Shown here piece after piece: positions 18,724 to 28,800 of a DNA stretch of 64,000 bases (its first letter is position 1; each line of letters starts with the position of its first letter). Position numbers and translations under genes: made by a program. The DNA comes from Dehalococcoidia bacterium (GTDB lineage Bacteria; Chloroflexota; Dehalococcoidia; DSTF01; JALHUB01), in contig JASEFU010000001.1 of assembly GCA_030018455.1 (NCBI GenBank), forward strand, positions 61,545 through 125,544, given 5' to 3'. The notes beneath the pieces are model-generated. The model did not search any database. It saw only the letters and a program-made list of their open reading frames with translations, and was not told where the DNA came from.

Positions 18724-19848
18724 TTGGGCAATGGCAATGGTTTCCTGAGGACTATTCTCCTGCTGTTGGCGGTAGCTGTCCTGCCGGCGGCGTGCCGCTC
18801 GCACGAAGAACCCCGCAAGGAGGAACAGGCCCAAGCGTTCGAGCGGCAGGAGCGGCAGGAAGTCGCTCACCCGCCGGAGTCCGAGCCCGAGCCTGTCATA
18901 CGGCTCCTCTTCACCGGCGATATCATTCTCGCCCGCTGCGTCTACCAGCAACAGGCTCTGCGGAACGATTTCACGTCCGTCTTCTCCGACCTGGCGCCCC
19001 TCCTTCGCGACGCGGACATCACCATCGGCAGCCTCGACTCTCCGCTGTCGGATGCCGGGCGGCCGATCGGGTGCACTCCCACGTTCAACCTTCTGGCGCC
19101 CGCCCGTAGCGTCGAAGGCCTGGCGCACGCCGGCTTCGATGTCCTCACCGTCGCGGGCAATCACGCGAAGGACTGCGGAGGCGGCGCTCCCTCATGCGAC
19201 CAGGCGCTCCTCGACACGGTCTCGAACCTCACTCGGGCAGGCATCGCGAGCGCGGGCGGCGGCGCGAATCTGGCAGAGGCGAGGGCGCCGGCCGTGGTGT
19301 CGGTAAGAGGCGTCGATTTCGCGTTCCTGGGCTACGACGATATCGCCCCCTACTATCACGCCTTCGACGGGGCGCCCGGCACAGCGCCCCTGCAAGAGGC
19401 GTACCTGACCGAAGACATCGCCGCCGCAAAGGCGCAGGCGGACGTCGTGATCGTCCTGCCACATTGGGGCGTGGAATACACCGCCACGCCGACCGAGCGG
19501 CAGGTCCGCCTGGCGAGGCTCGCCATCGAGGCAAGAGCGTCGCTGGTCGTGGGCAATCACCCCCACTGGGTCCAGGCGAGCGAAAGCGGCGCCGACGGGT
19601 TCGTCGCTTACGCTCTCGGCAACTTCGTCTTCGATCAGGACTGGTCGCTGCAGACCCAGCAGGGGGCAATCCTGGAGGCAACGTTCCAGGGCGCGCAGCT
19701 CGTCGAAACGCGGTTCCTGCCGGTGCGCATTGGGGAGGGCTATCGTCCCGCTCTCGCCGAACGGGAGGAGGCGGCGCAGATCCTGGCGAGAATCGAAGAG
19801 GCGTCGCGCCTGCTGCCCCGGCCCGCTCTCACGAGGCTCGGCCGCTAG
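18724..19848 (+). CDS. CapA/PgsA-family metallophosphoesterase-like lipoprotein (poly-gamma-glutamate capsule synthesis family)
   Basis: TTG start with AAGGAG SD. Lipoprotein signal (…LLLLAVAVLPAAC), then …LLFTGDIILAR… and …TVAGNHAKDCG… typical of CapA (PGA_cap) proteins. Confidence 0.75.
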   Translation: MGNGNGFLRTILLLLAVAVLPAACRSHEEPRKEEQAQAFERQERQEVAHPPESEPEPVIRLLFTGDIILARCVYQQQALRNDFTSVFSDLAPLLRDADITIGSLDSPLSDAGRPIGCTPTFNLLAPARSVEGLAHAGFDVLTVAGNHAKDCGGGAPSCDQALLDTVSNLTRAGIASAGGGANLAEARAPAVVSVRGVDFAFLGYDDIAPYYHAFDGAPGTAPLQEAYLTEDIAAAKAQADVVIVLPHWGVEYTATPTERQVRLARLAIEARASLVVGNHPHWVQASESGADGFVAYALGNFVFDQDWSLQTQQGAILEATFQGAQLVETRFLPVRIGEGYRPALAEREEAAQILARIEEASRLLPRPALTRLGR

Positions 19849-19890
19849 CGGGCGCGCTCTCCCACAGCGCACGTGTCTCAGGAATGCTGC

Positions 19891-19966
19891 TGGTGCCCCC
19901 AGGGGAAATCGAATCCCCGTTTCCACCTTGAAAGGGTGGCGTCCTAGGCCACTAGACGATGGGGGC
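19891..19966 (-). tRNA. tRNA-Glu (anticodon UUC)
   Basis: rc = GCCCCCATCGTCTAGTGGCCTAGGACGCCACCCTTTCAAGGTGGAAACGGGGATTCGATTTCCCCTGGGGGCACCA. Textbook tRNA-Glu, encoded CCA. Confidence 0.9.
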
Positions 19967-20052
19967 CACCTGATTAGTCTAGCACCTGCCTGGACGCCCC
20001 GCAAATAGAGCGCCCGGGCAGGTGCCAGATTGTCTTTCCGTTCAGTCTGTCG

Positions 20053-20601
20053 CTATTCGGACAGCAGCTCCAGGTCGGCGCAGGCAGGCTCGTTCTCGAA
20101 AGCGTCCTGGTACTCCTGCGGAAGTTCACCGACGCCCGCGAAGGCCGTCTGCATCTCTTCCAGCTCCGGCATCAGTTCCTCCAGCGCCCCCATAGCCTCG
20201 TCCAGCGGCTTGTCGAGCACGTCTCCAAGCTTGCCGAACAGCTCCGACGCCTGTGAAAGGGCCGATACCATACTGTCGTGCCATTCCTCGACTTCGGCGG
20301 GAGGGTCGATGTCGTCGAGGTCGTTCGACAGGTCTTCGAGGACCGGCCGTGCCTCGTCTATGGCTTCGCGCAACTGTTCCGGGTCCTCGAAATCGCTGCC
20401 CTCCATCAGCCGGTCGAGCTCGTTGAAGCGGTCGCCCAGGGTCTCGCATACCTGCTTCGCGTACTCGTCCGGGCTCTCTGCCGCTCCGCCGCCGCCGCCG
20501 TTCCCGTCGTCATCACCGCCGCAGCCGCTCATTAGGGTCACCGCAACCAGCAGGCTTACGACGACTGCTCCTGCCAGCCCCGGCCACTTGCCGATCTTCA
20601 C
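20053..20601 (-). CDS. acidic putative lipoprotein, hypothetical
   Basis: GTG start at 20601 with GGAAGGAG SD. Signal/lipobox-like VKIGKWPGLAGAVVVSLLVAVTLMSGC, then CGGDDDGNGGGGGAAE linker and a highly acidic helical domain. No known motif. Confidence 0.45.
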   Translation of the reverse strand: MKIGKWPGLAGAVVVSLLVAVTLMSGCGGDDDGNGGGGGAAESPDEYAKQVCETLGDRFNELDRLMEGSDFEDPEQLREAIDEARPVLEDLSNDLDDIDPPAEVEEWHDSMVSALSQASELFGKLGDVLDKPLDEAMGALEELMPELEEMQTAFAGVGELPQEYQDAFENEPACADLELLSE

Positions 20602-20837
20602 GATTTGCTGCTCCTTCCTGCTCTGTTGAACATCCGGCCTCCAGCCTGGAGGACGCCGGGAGCGTCCTCGCGCCAACTATAGGTGGGGCCGGCTGTTCAG
20701 TCTAGATATGCCGTACTCTCTTATCGGCAAGAAGGCCGTTCCGGCGTAGTGCGTCCGCTTCCGGGTCCCCCGATCGGCAGACGCGACGTGACACCGTGTT
20801 GCCCGTGCGCGGCCGAACTCGACGGCGGCCCGAATCG

Positions 20838-22085
20838 CTAGCGCGAATAGACGTAGCTTCTGACCATCGACGGCGCCGCCGACAGCGCGAGCGAATCATT
20901 CGCCCCGTCTTCGATGAGACCGGCCCGTGCGTCGCGGAAGAGCTTCTCTATCAGCATGCCCTTGCACAACCCGATGCCGCCGTGCAGTTGCACGCCCTGG
21001 TCGGCGATCTCATAGGCGACCTGGGTAGCGTATATCTTCGAGGCGTTGCTGTAGAAGCCGAAGCCCAGGGGGTTGGCGCTGTTGTAAAGCGACACGGCGC
21101 GTGCGTAGGCGCGGGCCGTCTCCACTTTTGTCATCATGTCGAAGAGCTTGCGCTGGACCAGTTGGTGCTCTACGAGCGGCGCACCCCCCTGAACGCGGTT
21201 TTTGCAGTACTCGAGCGTCTCCTCGAACGCCGCCCGCGCGACGCCCACAAAAGCCACTCCCAGCGCCGCGTTGGGGTTGAAGCCCGTACTGCCCGTTGGC
21301 GCATCCTCGGGCTTGCGACGAGGTAATATCACCATCTCGCTACGCGGCACCGCCACTTCGTCGAAGAAGATCTCCCCCTGGTTCAGCGCCCGCTGACCGA
21401 TCTTGTTGAGTGGCTTCCCCTTCGAGACTCCCGGCTGGTCGAGCGCCACTACGCACACACCAACGGCCGGCTCCTTACCGTCTTCTGTCTCAGCGCTCAC
21501 AAATGTCAGGGCGTGCTTCGCCACCGTGCCGTTGCTCACCCACGCCGACTTCTGTCCGCTGATAATCCAGTTGTCGCCGTCGAGTTTTGCGCGCGTGTCG
21601 AAGCTGATGCCGCTCCCGTCGACGAACGTGAGCATGACATCGTAGCCGCGCGCCGGCTCAGTGATCGCCCAGCAGCCGATGCACGTCCCGTCTTTGTCCT
21701 CAATGTAGGGGATGACCACCTCCTCCACGAGCCGCGGGCTGCCGATGACGTTGGCGAAAATGTAGGGCATCGAGCTCGCCCCGAAGGCCACCGCCCAATC
21801 GATTGACCCCCACGACAGCTCTTCCATGAGGATGCAGTTCTGGATTGGCGTGAGCATCACCCCTCCCAGGTGTTCCGGCATGCCCCGCTTGTGGAGCCCC
21901 AGCTCTTTTATCTGCCGCCAGACGTCCCAGTACACGGAGCCTTTCGCTATCGCTTGCTCCGGCGTCATCTCGTCCAGCGCCATCGCGGAGGGGCGCAACA
22001 CTTCCTTGGCAAAGCGATGTATGTGCTCCTTCAGCGCGCGATCATCGTCGGTCAGACCAACGCTGAGCTCGTGATAGATGTCCAT
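20838..22085 (-). CDS. acyl-CoA dehydrogenase family protein
   Basis: ACAD three-domain architecture (…GSIDWAVAFG…, …ITEPARGYD…, C-terminal catalytic region …YATQVAYEIADQGVQLHGGIG…). Start reassigned to the ATG at 22085, preceded by AAGGAGGTGAAAGG. Confidence 0.85.
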   Translation of the reverse strand: MDIYHELSVGLTDDDRALKEHIHRFAKEVLRPSAMALDEMTPEQAIAKGSVYWDVWRQIKELGLHKRGMPEHLGGVMLTPIQNCILMEELSWGSIDWAVAFGASSMPYIFANVIGSPRLVEEVVIPYIEDKDGTCIGCWAITEPARGYDVMLTFVDGSGISFDTRAKLDGDNWIISGQKSAWVSNGTVAKHALTFVSAETEDGKEPAVGVCVVALDQPGVSKGKPLNKIGQRALNQGEIFFDEVAVPRSEMVILPRRKPEDAPTGSTGFNPNAALGVAFVGVARAAFEETLEYCKNRVQGGAPLVEHQLVQRKLFDMMTKVETARAYARAVSLYNSANPLGFGFYSNASKIYATQVAYEIADQGVQLHGGIGLCKGMLIEKLFRDARAGLIEDGANDSLALSAAPSMVRSYVYSR

Positions 22086-22348
22086 CCTTTCACCTCCTTG
22101 GCGGTGCCGTTGCTTCCCGGATGCGGCAAGTCTACTCCCAGCGACGACGATGGAACAATAAGCCCAACCGGAGGCTCGTACAGCCATTCGTCACGTTCTC
22201 CGCGTCCATTTTCATGCTTCTGCTAGCCGCAGGTCTGTAGATTAGCGCTGAGCGCCGGGAGTCCGCTTCTTCATCAATCGCCCGTTGGGCGGTAGAATCA
22301 CTGACTCAGAGATATGCGGCGAAAGATTGTCCCGGGGGGAGGGAAAGC

Positions 22349-22720
22349 GTGTCTGTTCGCGTGAAAAGGGCTTACGAGCCTTCGTCGCCGGAAGACGGCG
22401 TAAGGGTGCTGACCGAACGCCTCTGGCCGCGAGGTATCGCAAAGGAGAAGCTGGCGATCGACGCCTGGCTGAGAGAGATCGCTCCGTCGCCCGAGCTGCG
22501 CCGCTGGTACAACCACGAGCCTGAGAAGTGGGACGAGTTCCAGCGGAGGTACCGCCGAGAACTCCAAGGGCCGCGCCAGCAGGACCTCGTGGCGGAACTG
22601 GCCGAAAAGGCCGCCGCGGGCACTCTAACGCTTGTCTACGGCTCGCGCGACACCGAACGCAACAGCTCGGTCATCCTCGCGGAAGTGATCAGGGAGCGCA
22701 TAGCGCGAAAGGACCGATGA
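22349..22720 (+). CDS. DUF488 (YeaO-like) family protein
   Basis: VKRAYEPSSPEDGVRVLTERLWPRGIAKEKLAIDAWLREIAPSPELRRWYNHEPEKWDEFQRRY is the conserved DUF488 signature. GTG start after GGGAGGGAAAGC. Confidence 0.8.
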   Translation: MSVRVKRAYEPSSPEDGVRVLTERLWPRGIAKEKLAIDAWLREIAPSPELRRWYNHEPEKWDEFQRRYRRELQGPRQQDLVAELAEKAAAGTLTLVYGSRDTERNSSVILAEVIRERIARKDR

Positions 22721-24141
22721 CGAAGCAGAGAAAGGGCGTTTCGGCTCGCGCGAAGTTCTACCCGCTGCTGGCGCTGCTCGCCGTCACGCTCGCCGTGCGG
22801 CTTCCGCTGCTGCCCCTCACGGCGCACCTCTCCGGCGATTACTCAGACGGGCTAATCTTCAAGCAGTGGGCAGCGCTGATCTATGAGCATGGCCTGGCGA
22901 ACGTCTACGAAGACCCCGAGGTCAACTACATAGGCTACAACTACTTCCTCTGGGCTACCGGTCTGGCGTACGGGTGGCTCTCGCCAGGCTTCGACACGTC
23001 GTCGTTCCGGCTCGACCTGCTGGTGAAGGCGTCGCCCGTCCTCTTCGATCTGCTCCTCGTCTGGGCGACTTTCGCCGTTTCGTCCCATCTGCTGAAGTCA
23101 CGCCCGGATGTCGTCGACGCTGCCGTGAGCCGCTTCCCCGCTCTCCGGCGTCTCCCGATGACGCCCGGCGTCTCCCTTGCGTTGCTCCCGGCGGCGGCGG
23201 TCGCCTTCGCACCCGCCCTGGTCTACGATTCAGCCGTCTGGGGGCAGACGGACGGCATCATCACCTTCTTCATCCTTACCGCTGTCTTCGCGCTGGCGAC
23301 AGGCCGGCCCGCACCCGCGTTTTTCCTGTGGGCCGTGGGCTTCGCGATCAAACCGCAGCCGCTGTTCGTGCTCCCGTTGCTTATCGCTTTCGTTTGGTGG
23401 CAGTGGCGATGGACGGGACTGGGCAAGGCGTTCATCGGCGCCGTTGCCGGAGTCGGCCTCATGTACGGCTACTGGCTGGCAAATGGCAAGGCGGCGGAGC
23501 TGCTGCACGTCTACGAAACGCTTTTCACCCCACAGCCGACCCTCTCCATGCAGGCCTGGAACCTTTGGTGGCTTCCCGCTATCCACACCCATCCGCTGCC
23601 GGACGACACCCTGCTGTCGATTGCCGGAGCATCCCTGAGCTACAAGAACGCCTCGATTCTCGTCTTCGGGGCGGCCGCTTTGCTGGCCCTCGCCTACCTG
23701 CAACGCCGCCGCGACCTGACGGGACTGCTCGAAGCGTGCGCTTTCATGGCTTTCGCGTTCTACATGCTTCCCGTCTCCGTCCACGAGCGCTACCTCTACC
23801 CATTCTTCGTTCTCGCCGCGCCCATGCTGGTGATCCGCCCACGCTGGCTCCTCCTCTATGCGCCGCTGAGCGTCACCTTCTTCCTAAACGTCTTTATCGT
23901 TGGGCCGGCGTACAAGCCGTTCGCCACCCGTTACCTCTACTCTGAGCTGACAGTGGGGGTCGCCGCCTTACACACGCTGGTCTTCGCGGTCCTCTGCCTC
24001 GCGCTGCTGCGGGCGGCGCTGCCGCCGCTTTCGGCCTCGCTTGTGGCCCGTCTGGCCCGAACACGCGCCCGAGTACCGGCTGCCGGGTCGCGAGCAGGAT
24101 GGGCCGACGTTCAGGAAGAGCGGCCCGCCTCTTCACGCTGA
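22717..24141 (+). CDS. integral-membrane GT-C-fold glycosyltransferase (DUF2029 / GT87-like mannosyltransferase family)
   Basis: ATG at 22717 overlaps the DUF488 stop (ATGA). About 12 predicted TM helices, aromatic-rich loops, …VYDSAVWGQTDG…, and …HERYLYPFFVLAAP… typical of PimE/DUF2029-type GT-C enzymes. Confidence 0.6.
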   Translation: MTKQRKGVSARAKFYPLLALLAVTLAVRLPLLPLTAHLSGDYSDGLIFKQWAALIYEHGLANVYEDPEVNYIGYNYFLWATGLAYGWLSPGFDTSSFRLDLLVKASPVLFDLLLVWATFAVSSHLLKSRPDVVDAAVSRFPALRRLPMTPGVSLALLPAAAVAFAPALVYDSAVWGQTDGIITFFILTAVFALATGRPAPAFFLWAVGFAIKPQPLFVLPLLIAFVWWQWRWTGLGKAFIGAVAGVGLMYGYWLANGKAAELLHVYETLFTPQPTLSMQAWNLWWLPAIHTHPLPDDTLLSIAGASLSYKNASILVFGAAALLALAYLQRRRDLTGLLEACAFMAFAFYMLPVSVHERYLYPFFVLAAPMLVIRPRWLLLYAPLSVTFFLNVFIVGPAYKPFATRYLYSELTVGVAALHTLVFAVLCLALLRAALPPLSASLVARLARTRARVPAAGSRAGWADVQEERPASSR

Positions 24142-25721
24142 GCCTGCGCCGCGTAAACGGGCGGCCGCGAATCGCCGGCAGGGCCTCTCAAAGCAGAGGC
24201 GATAATCCCAATGATGATCACGATAACCGCGGCATGCATCGCCAGGTGCATACCGTCCAGGAACACCGGCATCACCCTCTCCGCCAGGCCGGGATTCGAG
24301 ACCGTCGCCTGCAAGTCTCCTTTGAACCCGTGCGAGGCGAGCTGCGAGGTGACTATGGTGCCCCACACGGCGATGCCCAGCGAGCTGCCCGCATTACGAA
24401 GCGTGGCGATAAAGCCGGAAGCAACGCCGTAGAACTCGCGCGGCACAGCGCCGAAGATGAAGCTGTTGTTCGGCGACTGGAACAAACCCATCCCCAGACC
24501 GAGGAGCACGAAGGCGCCCAAGATCGGCCCGTAATCCTGCGACTCGGTCGTGATCGACGACAGGAGGAAGAGCCCTGCCCCGACAACGGCGAGTCCAGCC
24601 GTCGCCAGCCCGCGTGAGCCGTAGCGGTCGGAGAGGCGCCCGCTTATCGGCGCGACGACGGCCATGCTGAACGGAACGGCCGTCATCAGCACACCGGCCG
24701 TGCGAGCGCTCAAGCCGAGGGCGAGCTGGAGGTAGAACGGCATGAGAAAGACACTCGCCTGCTGGCCCATGAAACTGGCGAAGCTGGCGGTCGAGCCCGC
24801 CGAGAAGCCCCAGACCCTGAACAGGCTCAGCCGGATGGTGGGGTTGCTCACCTTTAGTTCCCTGACGAGAAAACTCGCCAGCAAGAGCCCCGAGGCGGCG
24901 AATAGCGCCACCACCGCCGACGACTTCCACCCGAGCAGAGAGCCCCGGTTGAGCCCGAAGAGGAGGCAGAACAGGAAACCGGCCCAAAGCGCCGCCCCCG
25001 GCCAATCGAAGCGACGCTCCAGCAAACGAGCGCCGGTGGAAATCAGGCGCTCCCGCAAGACGAGCGCGGCGAACGGTATCGCCGTCAGTCCCACCGGTAT
25101 CGCGATATAGAACACCGACCGCCACCCCAGCGCGTCGGTAAGCACGCCGCCGATCGTCGGGCCGGCGACGAGGCCGGAGGCGACGATCGTCCCGTTCAGC
25201 CCCAGCGCCTTCCCCCTCTCCTCCGGCGGGAAGACAGCAGCGGTGATCGCCGCGCCGTTGGCCTGGATCATCGCGCCGCCCACGCCGGCGAGCGCCCTCG
25301 CCACGATGAGCAGGACGACATTGGGAGCGATCGCCGCAAACAGGTTGCCGAACGTGAAGACGGCGAAGCCGGCGACGTATACCTTCTTGCGGCCGATCAG
25401 GTCGGCGAGGCTGCCGAAGGCAAGCAGCAGCGACGTAATGGTCAAGAGATAAGAGAGCACGACCCACTGCACGGCATCGAAGCCCGCGTTGAGGCCGGTC
25501 ATGATGCGGGGGAGCGAGATGTTGACGATGCTGACGTCGAGGGTGGACATGAAGACGCCGATGGAGACAGCAGCGAAGGCCCACCACTTGTAGGCCGGGC
25601 CTTCCACCGCCTTTCCGAGCCGTTCAAACAGCGCCTTCCGCAAGCAGACCTCCCGATCGCAGGACCACGCGTGTAATCGCAGCGTCGGTTCCAGAATAGC
25701 GGACGGCCCGCTTCGCTTCAA
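24111..25721 (-). CDS. MFS transporter, DHA2 (EmrB/QacA-like, 14-TM) family
   Basis: …FMSTLDVSIVNISLP…, …LADLIGRKKV…, 14 hydrophobic segments. N-terminal start is uncertain. 3' end overlaps the convergent GT gene by 31 nt. Confidence 0.8.
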   Translation of the reverse strand: MKRSGPSAILEPTLRLHAWSCDREVCLRKALFERLGKAVEGPAYKWWAFAAVSIGVFMSTLDVSIVNISLPRIMTGLNAGFDAVQWVVLSYLLTITSLLLAFGSLADLIGRKKVYVAGFAVFTFGNLFAAIAPNVVLLIVARALAGVGGAMIQANGAAITAAVFPPEERGKALGLNGTIVASGLVAGPTIGGVLTDALGWRSVFYIAIPVGLTAIPFAALVLRERLISTGARLLERRFDWPGAALWAGFLFCLLFGLNRGSLLGWKSSAVVALFAASGLLLASFLVRELKVSNPTIRLSLFRVWGFSAGSTASFASFMGQQASVFLMPFYLQLALGLSARTAGVLMTAVPFSMAVVAPISGRLSDRYGSRGLATAGLAVVGAGLFLLSSITTESQDYGPILGAFVLLGLGMGLFQSPNNSFIFGAVPREFYGVASGFIATLRNAGSSLGIAVWGTIVTSQLASHGFKGDLQATVSNPGLAERVMPVFLDGMHLAMHAAVIVIIIGIIASALRGPAGDSRPPVYAAQAQREEAGRSS

Positions 25722-25802
25722 CGAAAGCAGACGCAGTCTTCGCTTGCTGCGGGAAAAGCGGGAAGCCGGGCGAAGAATACCCCGGCCCGGATCAAAGGGG
25801 CG

Positions 25803-28800
25803 TCAGTTGGGCACGTCGGCGAGGCGCAACGAGAGGACGCGCGAGACGCTGTCCTGTCCCATCGATACGCCGTAGATGTGGTCGGCCATCTCGATGGTGC
25901 GCCGGTTGTGGGTGACGAGGATGAACTGGCTGAGCCGCGACAGCTTCCGCACGGCGTCGACGAACCGCCCCACGTTCGCCTCGTCCAGCATCGCGTCCAC
26001 CTCGTCGAGGAGGCAGAAGGGCGACGGACGCGTTTGGAGAAGAGCGAAGAGCAGCGCGACCGAGGTCAGCGCCCTTTCGCCTCCCGAAAGCATGGAGAGG
26101 CTGCTGACGCGCTTTCCCGGCGGCTGCGCCACGATATCGACCCCCGGCTCGTCGCCGTCTTTGCCGGTCAGCATAAGCCGGGCGCTGCCTCCCTGGAAGA
26201 ACGTGGCGAAATACTCCTGGAACCGTCCGTTGACCTGCTGGAATACCTCCCCGAAACGCTCCCTGATCTTGGTCTCGAGCTGCGCGATAACTTCCTGCAA
26301 CGAGCGCTCCGCCTGCTTGAGGTCGTCGACCTGGCCGGCGAGGAAGTCGTAGCGCTGCCGGCGCTCCGCGTAGTCGGCAGGCGCCTGGGCGTCGACCGGG
26401 CCGAGCGCGCGGATTCGCGCCCGCAGCTCCGATATCGTCTCCCTCAGGGCGACGGGATCGACGGGCGCTCCGCCCTGTATCGGCGGCAGGAACTCCTCAC
26501 GCCCCATCCCGCCCTCAACACCGCCGCTGAGCCACACGGGGACCTCTCTCGCAGGCTCCGCCTTTATCGGCACGACGTCGCCCGTCGGAGTGGGCATGAG
26601 CCCTTCCGCTTCCATGTTCTCCTGCAGCGCCTTTAGCTCGTCCGACTTGAGCTTGACCTGCGCCTGCGCTTCGAGCAGGAATCGCTCCGCTTCCAGCCGC
26701 TGCGCGAGGGCCCGTTCGAGCTCCGCTCTCAGCGTCTTCTCGCGCGATTCGAGCTGGGCCAGCTCCTCCTGACCGGGCCCCTGGACGCGCGTCACGCTCT
26801 CGAGCTGCTCGCGCTGCTTCAGCACGAGGAGGCGCGAATCCTGGAGACGCCGCGCCACCATCGAAAGAGACTTTTCGAGTTCGGAAAGCTGGGCGCGCTT
26901 CTGTTCAAGCTGTCCGTCGACGCGGGCGAGGGCGGCCTGCTGCTCCTCTTGCCGCAGGGCGACGGCCTGACGCTCCCCCTCTACCGCCGCCAGCGCTACG
27001 CTCGCGTTGCTCACAGCCTCGGTGAGCGCCGGCAGACGCTCGCTGAGGGCGGCCACCGCTTCCTCTTGGCGCTCCGCCCTCTCACGCGCCGCCTTCGCCT
27101 CCCCGAGCATGGCGTCCCGCTCCCGCTCCAGCGTCTTGACCTCCGTTACGAGCTGCCGCGCCGATTGTGCGGCCCGAGCGCTCTCGCGGCGCAATTCGTT
27201 GAGCTGTCCTCCCACCGACGCCAGCCGGCTGCGGTACTCGACAAGCGACTGCTCGAGACCGGCGCGCTCCTGCCACAAACGCTGCTGTCGCGCCGCTTCC
27301 TTCGCGAGCGTCGCCTCGCATTCCTTCACCGTCTCGCGTCCGACCTCGATCTCCTTCTGAAGCCCTTCCAGCTCCGCCTTCGCCTGCGACGCCTGCTCCG
27401 GCAGATGGTGCAGTTCGCTTTCGCGCCGCACAAGCTCGCCCGCGCTGCGGATGGTGCCGCTGGTCATGGCGCCGCTGGGGCGCAGCAGCTCGCCGTCGAG
27501 CGTCACCACGTTGCCCAGGCCACGGCGCACGACCTTCTGCGCCAGCGGCAGCGTCTCGACCACTATCGTGCGCCCGAGGAGCGTCTCGACAAGGGGCCGG
27601 TAGCGCGCTTCGCAGCTCACGAGGTCGGACGCTACCCCAAGTATTCCCTTCTCCTTCAACAGCACCAGCGGCCGCGATACCTTCAGGCTGTCGAGGGCGT
27701 ACATCGTGACGCGCCCGTTCTGGTACTGGCGGAGCAGCTCCATCACGGCGAGGGCGTCGGTGTAGCTCTCCAGCACGATCGCCTGCAGACTTTCGGCCAG
27801 CGCCGCCTCGATCGCTTTCTCCAGTCCCGGCGCCACGCGCACCAGCCGCGCCATGATGCCAAGCACGCCCTGAAGGCTGCCCGGCTCGGGATAATCGTCG
27901 TCGTCGGCGGGCGGAATGCGCCCCGCGGCGACGAGGAGCATGCGCACGGCGTCCTCGAACCCTTCGTACTGCGCCTGGACACGCCCCAGTATCTCGAGCC
28001 GCGCCTCCGCGTGCTGGACCTGGGCCTGGAGCCGGGGGACCTGCTCTTCGGCGCGGAGGATCGCCGCCCTCGCCTCGGCGATGCGCGCGTTGGCCGACGT
28101 CTGCGCGTCGGCGGCGTCCGCCAGCTCGCGTTCGAGGCGCCGCTTCTCGTTGTGGTAAAGGAGGAAGTCCTGCGCCAACGAGCCGAGCCGTCTCAGCGAC
28201 TCTTTGCGCCGCCCCTCGATCTCGGCGAGCTCGTTTGCGAGGCCCTCCTGCGCCCTCTTGAGCCGCTCGATGCGCCCTTCTGTTTCTCGCACCGATGTCT
28301 CGAGACGCAGTGCCTGCTCCTCAGCCTCCACTTGTCCGCGGCGAAGCTCGGCGTGTTCCCGCTCAGCCTCCGTCAATTCTTGACGCCGCGCCACGAGCTG
28401 CGCGCGACAGCGCTCGACCTCCTCGTCGAGGGCCGCCTGCCGCTCGCCGCCGCCGGCCGCCCGCTGAGATTGGCGCTCCCGCTCCGCCTCTAGGCTCTCG
28501 ATGTCGGAGCGCAACTCCTGCCTGCGGTCGCCGAGAAGGCGCTGCCGCTCCTCGTCGAGGGCAAGCTGGTGTTCGAGGCGGCGCACGTCATCGCTGAGGC
28601 GGCGCTCCGCCTGCGTCCGCTCCTCAATCTCGCGCCGTCGCTTCTCGATCGCCTTTTGCAGCGCCTGCAAGCCCTCCTGGTACGTCGCGATGCGCGTCTC
28701 CGCCTGGCGGTACTCTTCTTGTTTCTGGTCGGAAGCGGCGAGCGCGGCCGTAAGGTAGTCCTGCGCCTCGCGCCAGAGGTGGCCGTACAGCGCCTGGAGC

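Noticed and set aside
19192-20004. 270-aa minus-strand ORF spanning the capA 3' half and tRNA-Glu
   Set aside because: Overlaps a tRNA gene and the CapA coding sequence; no motifs.
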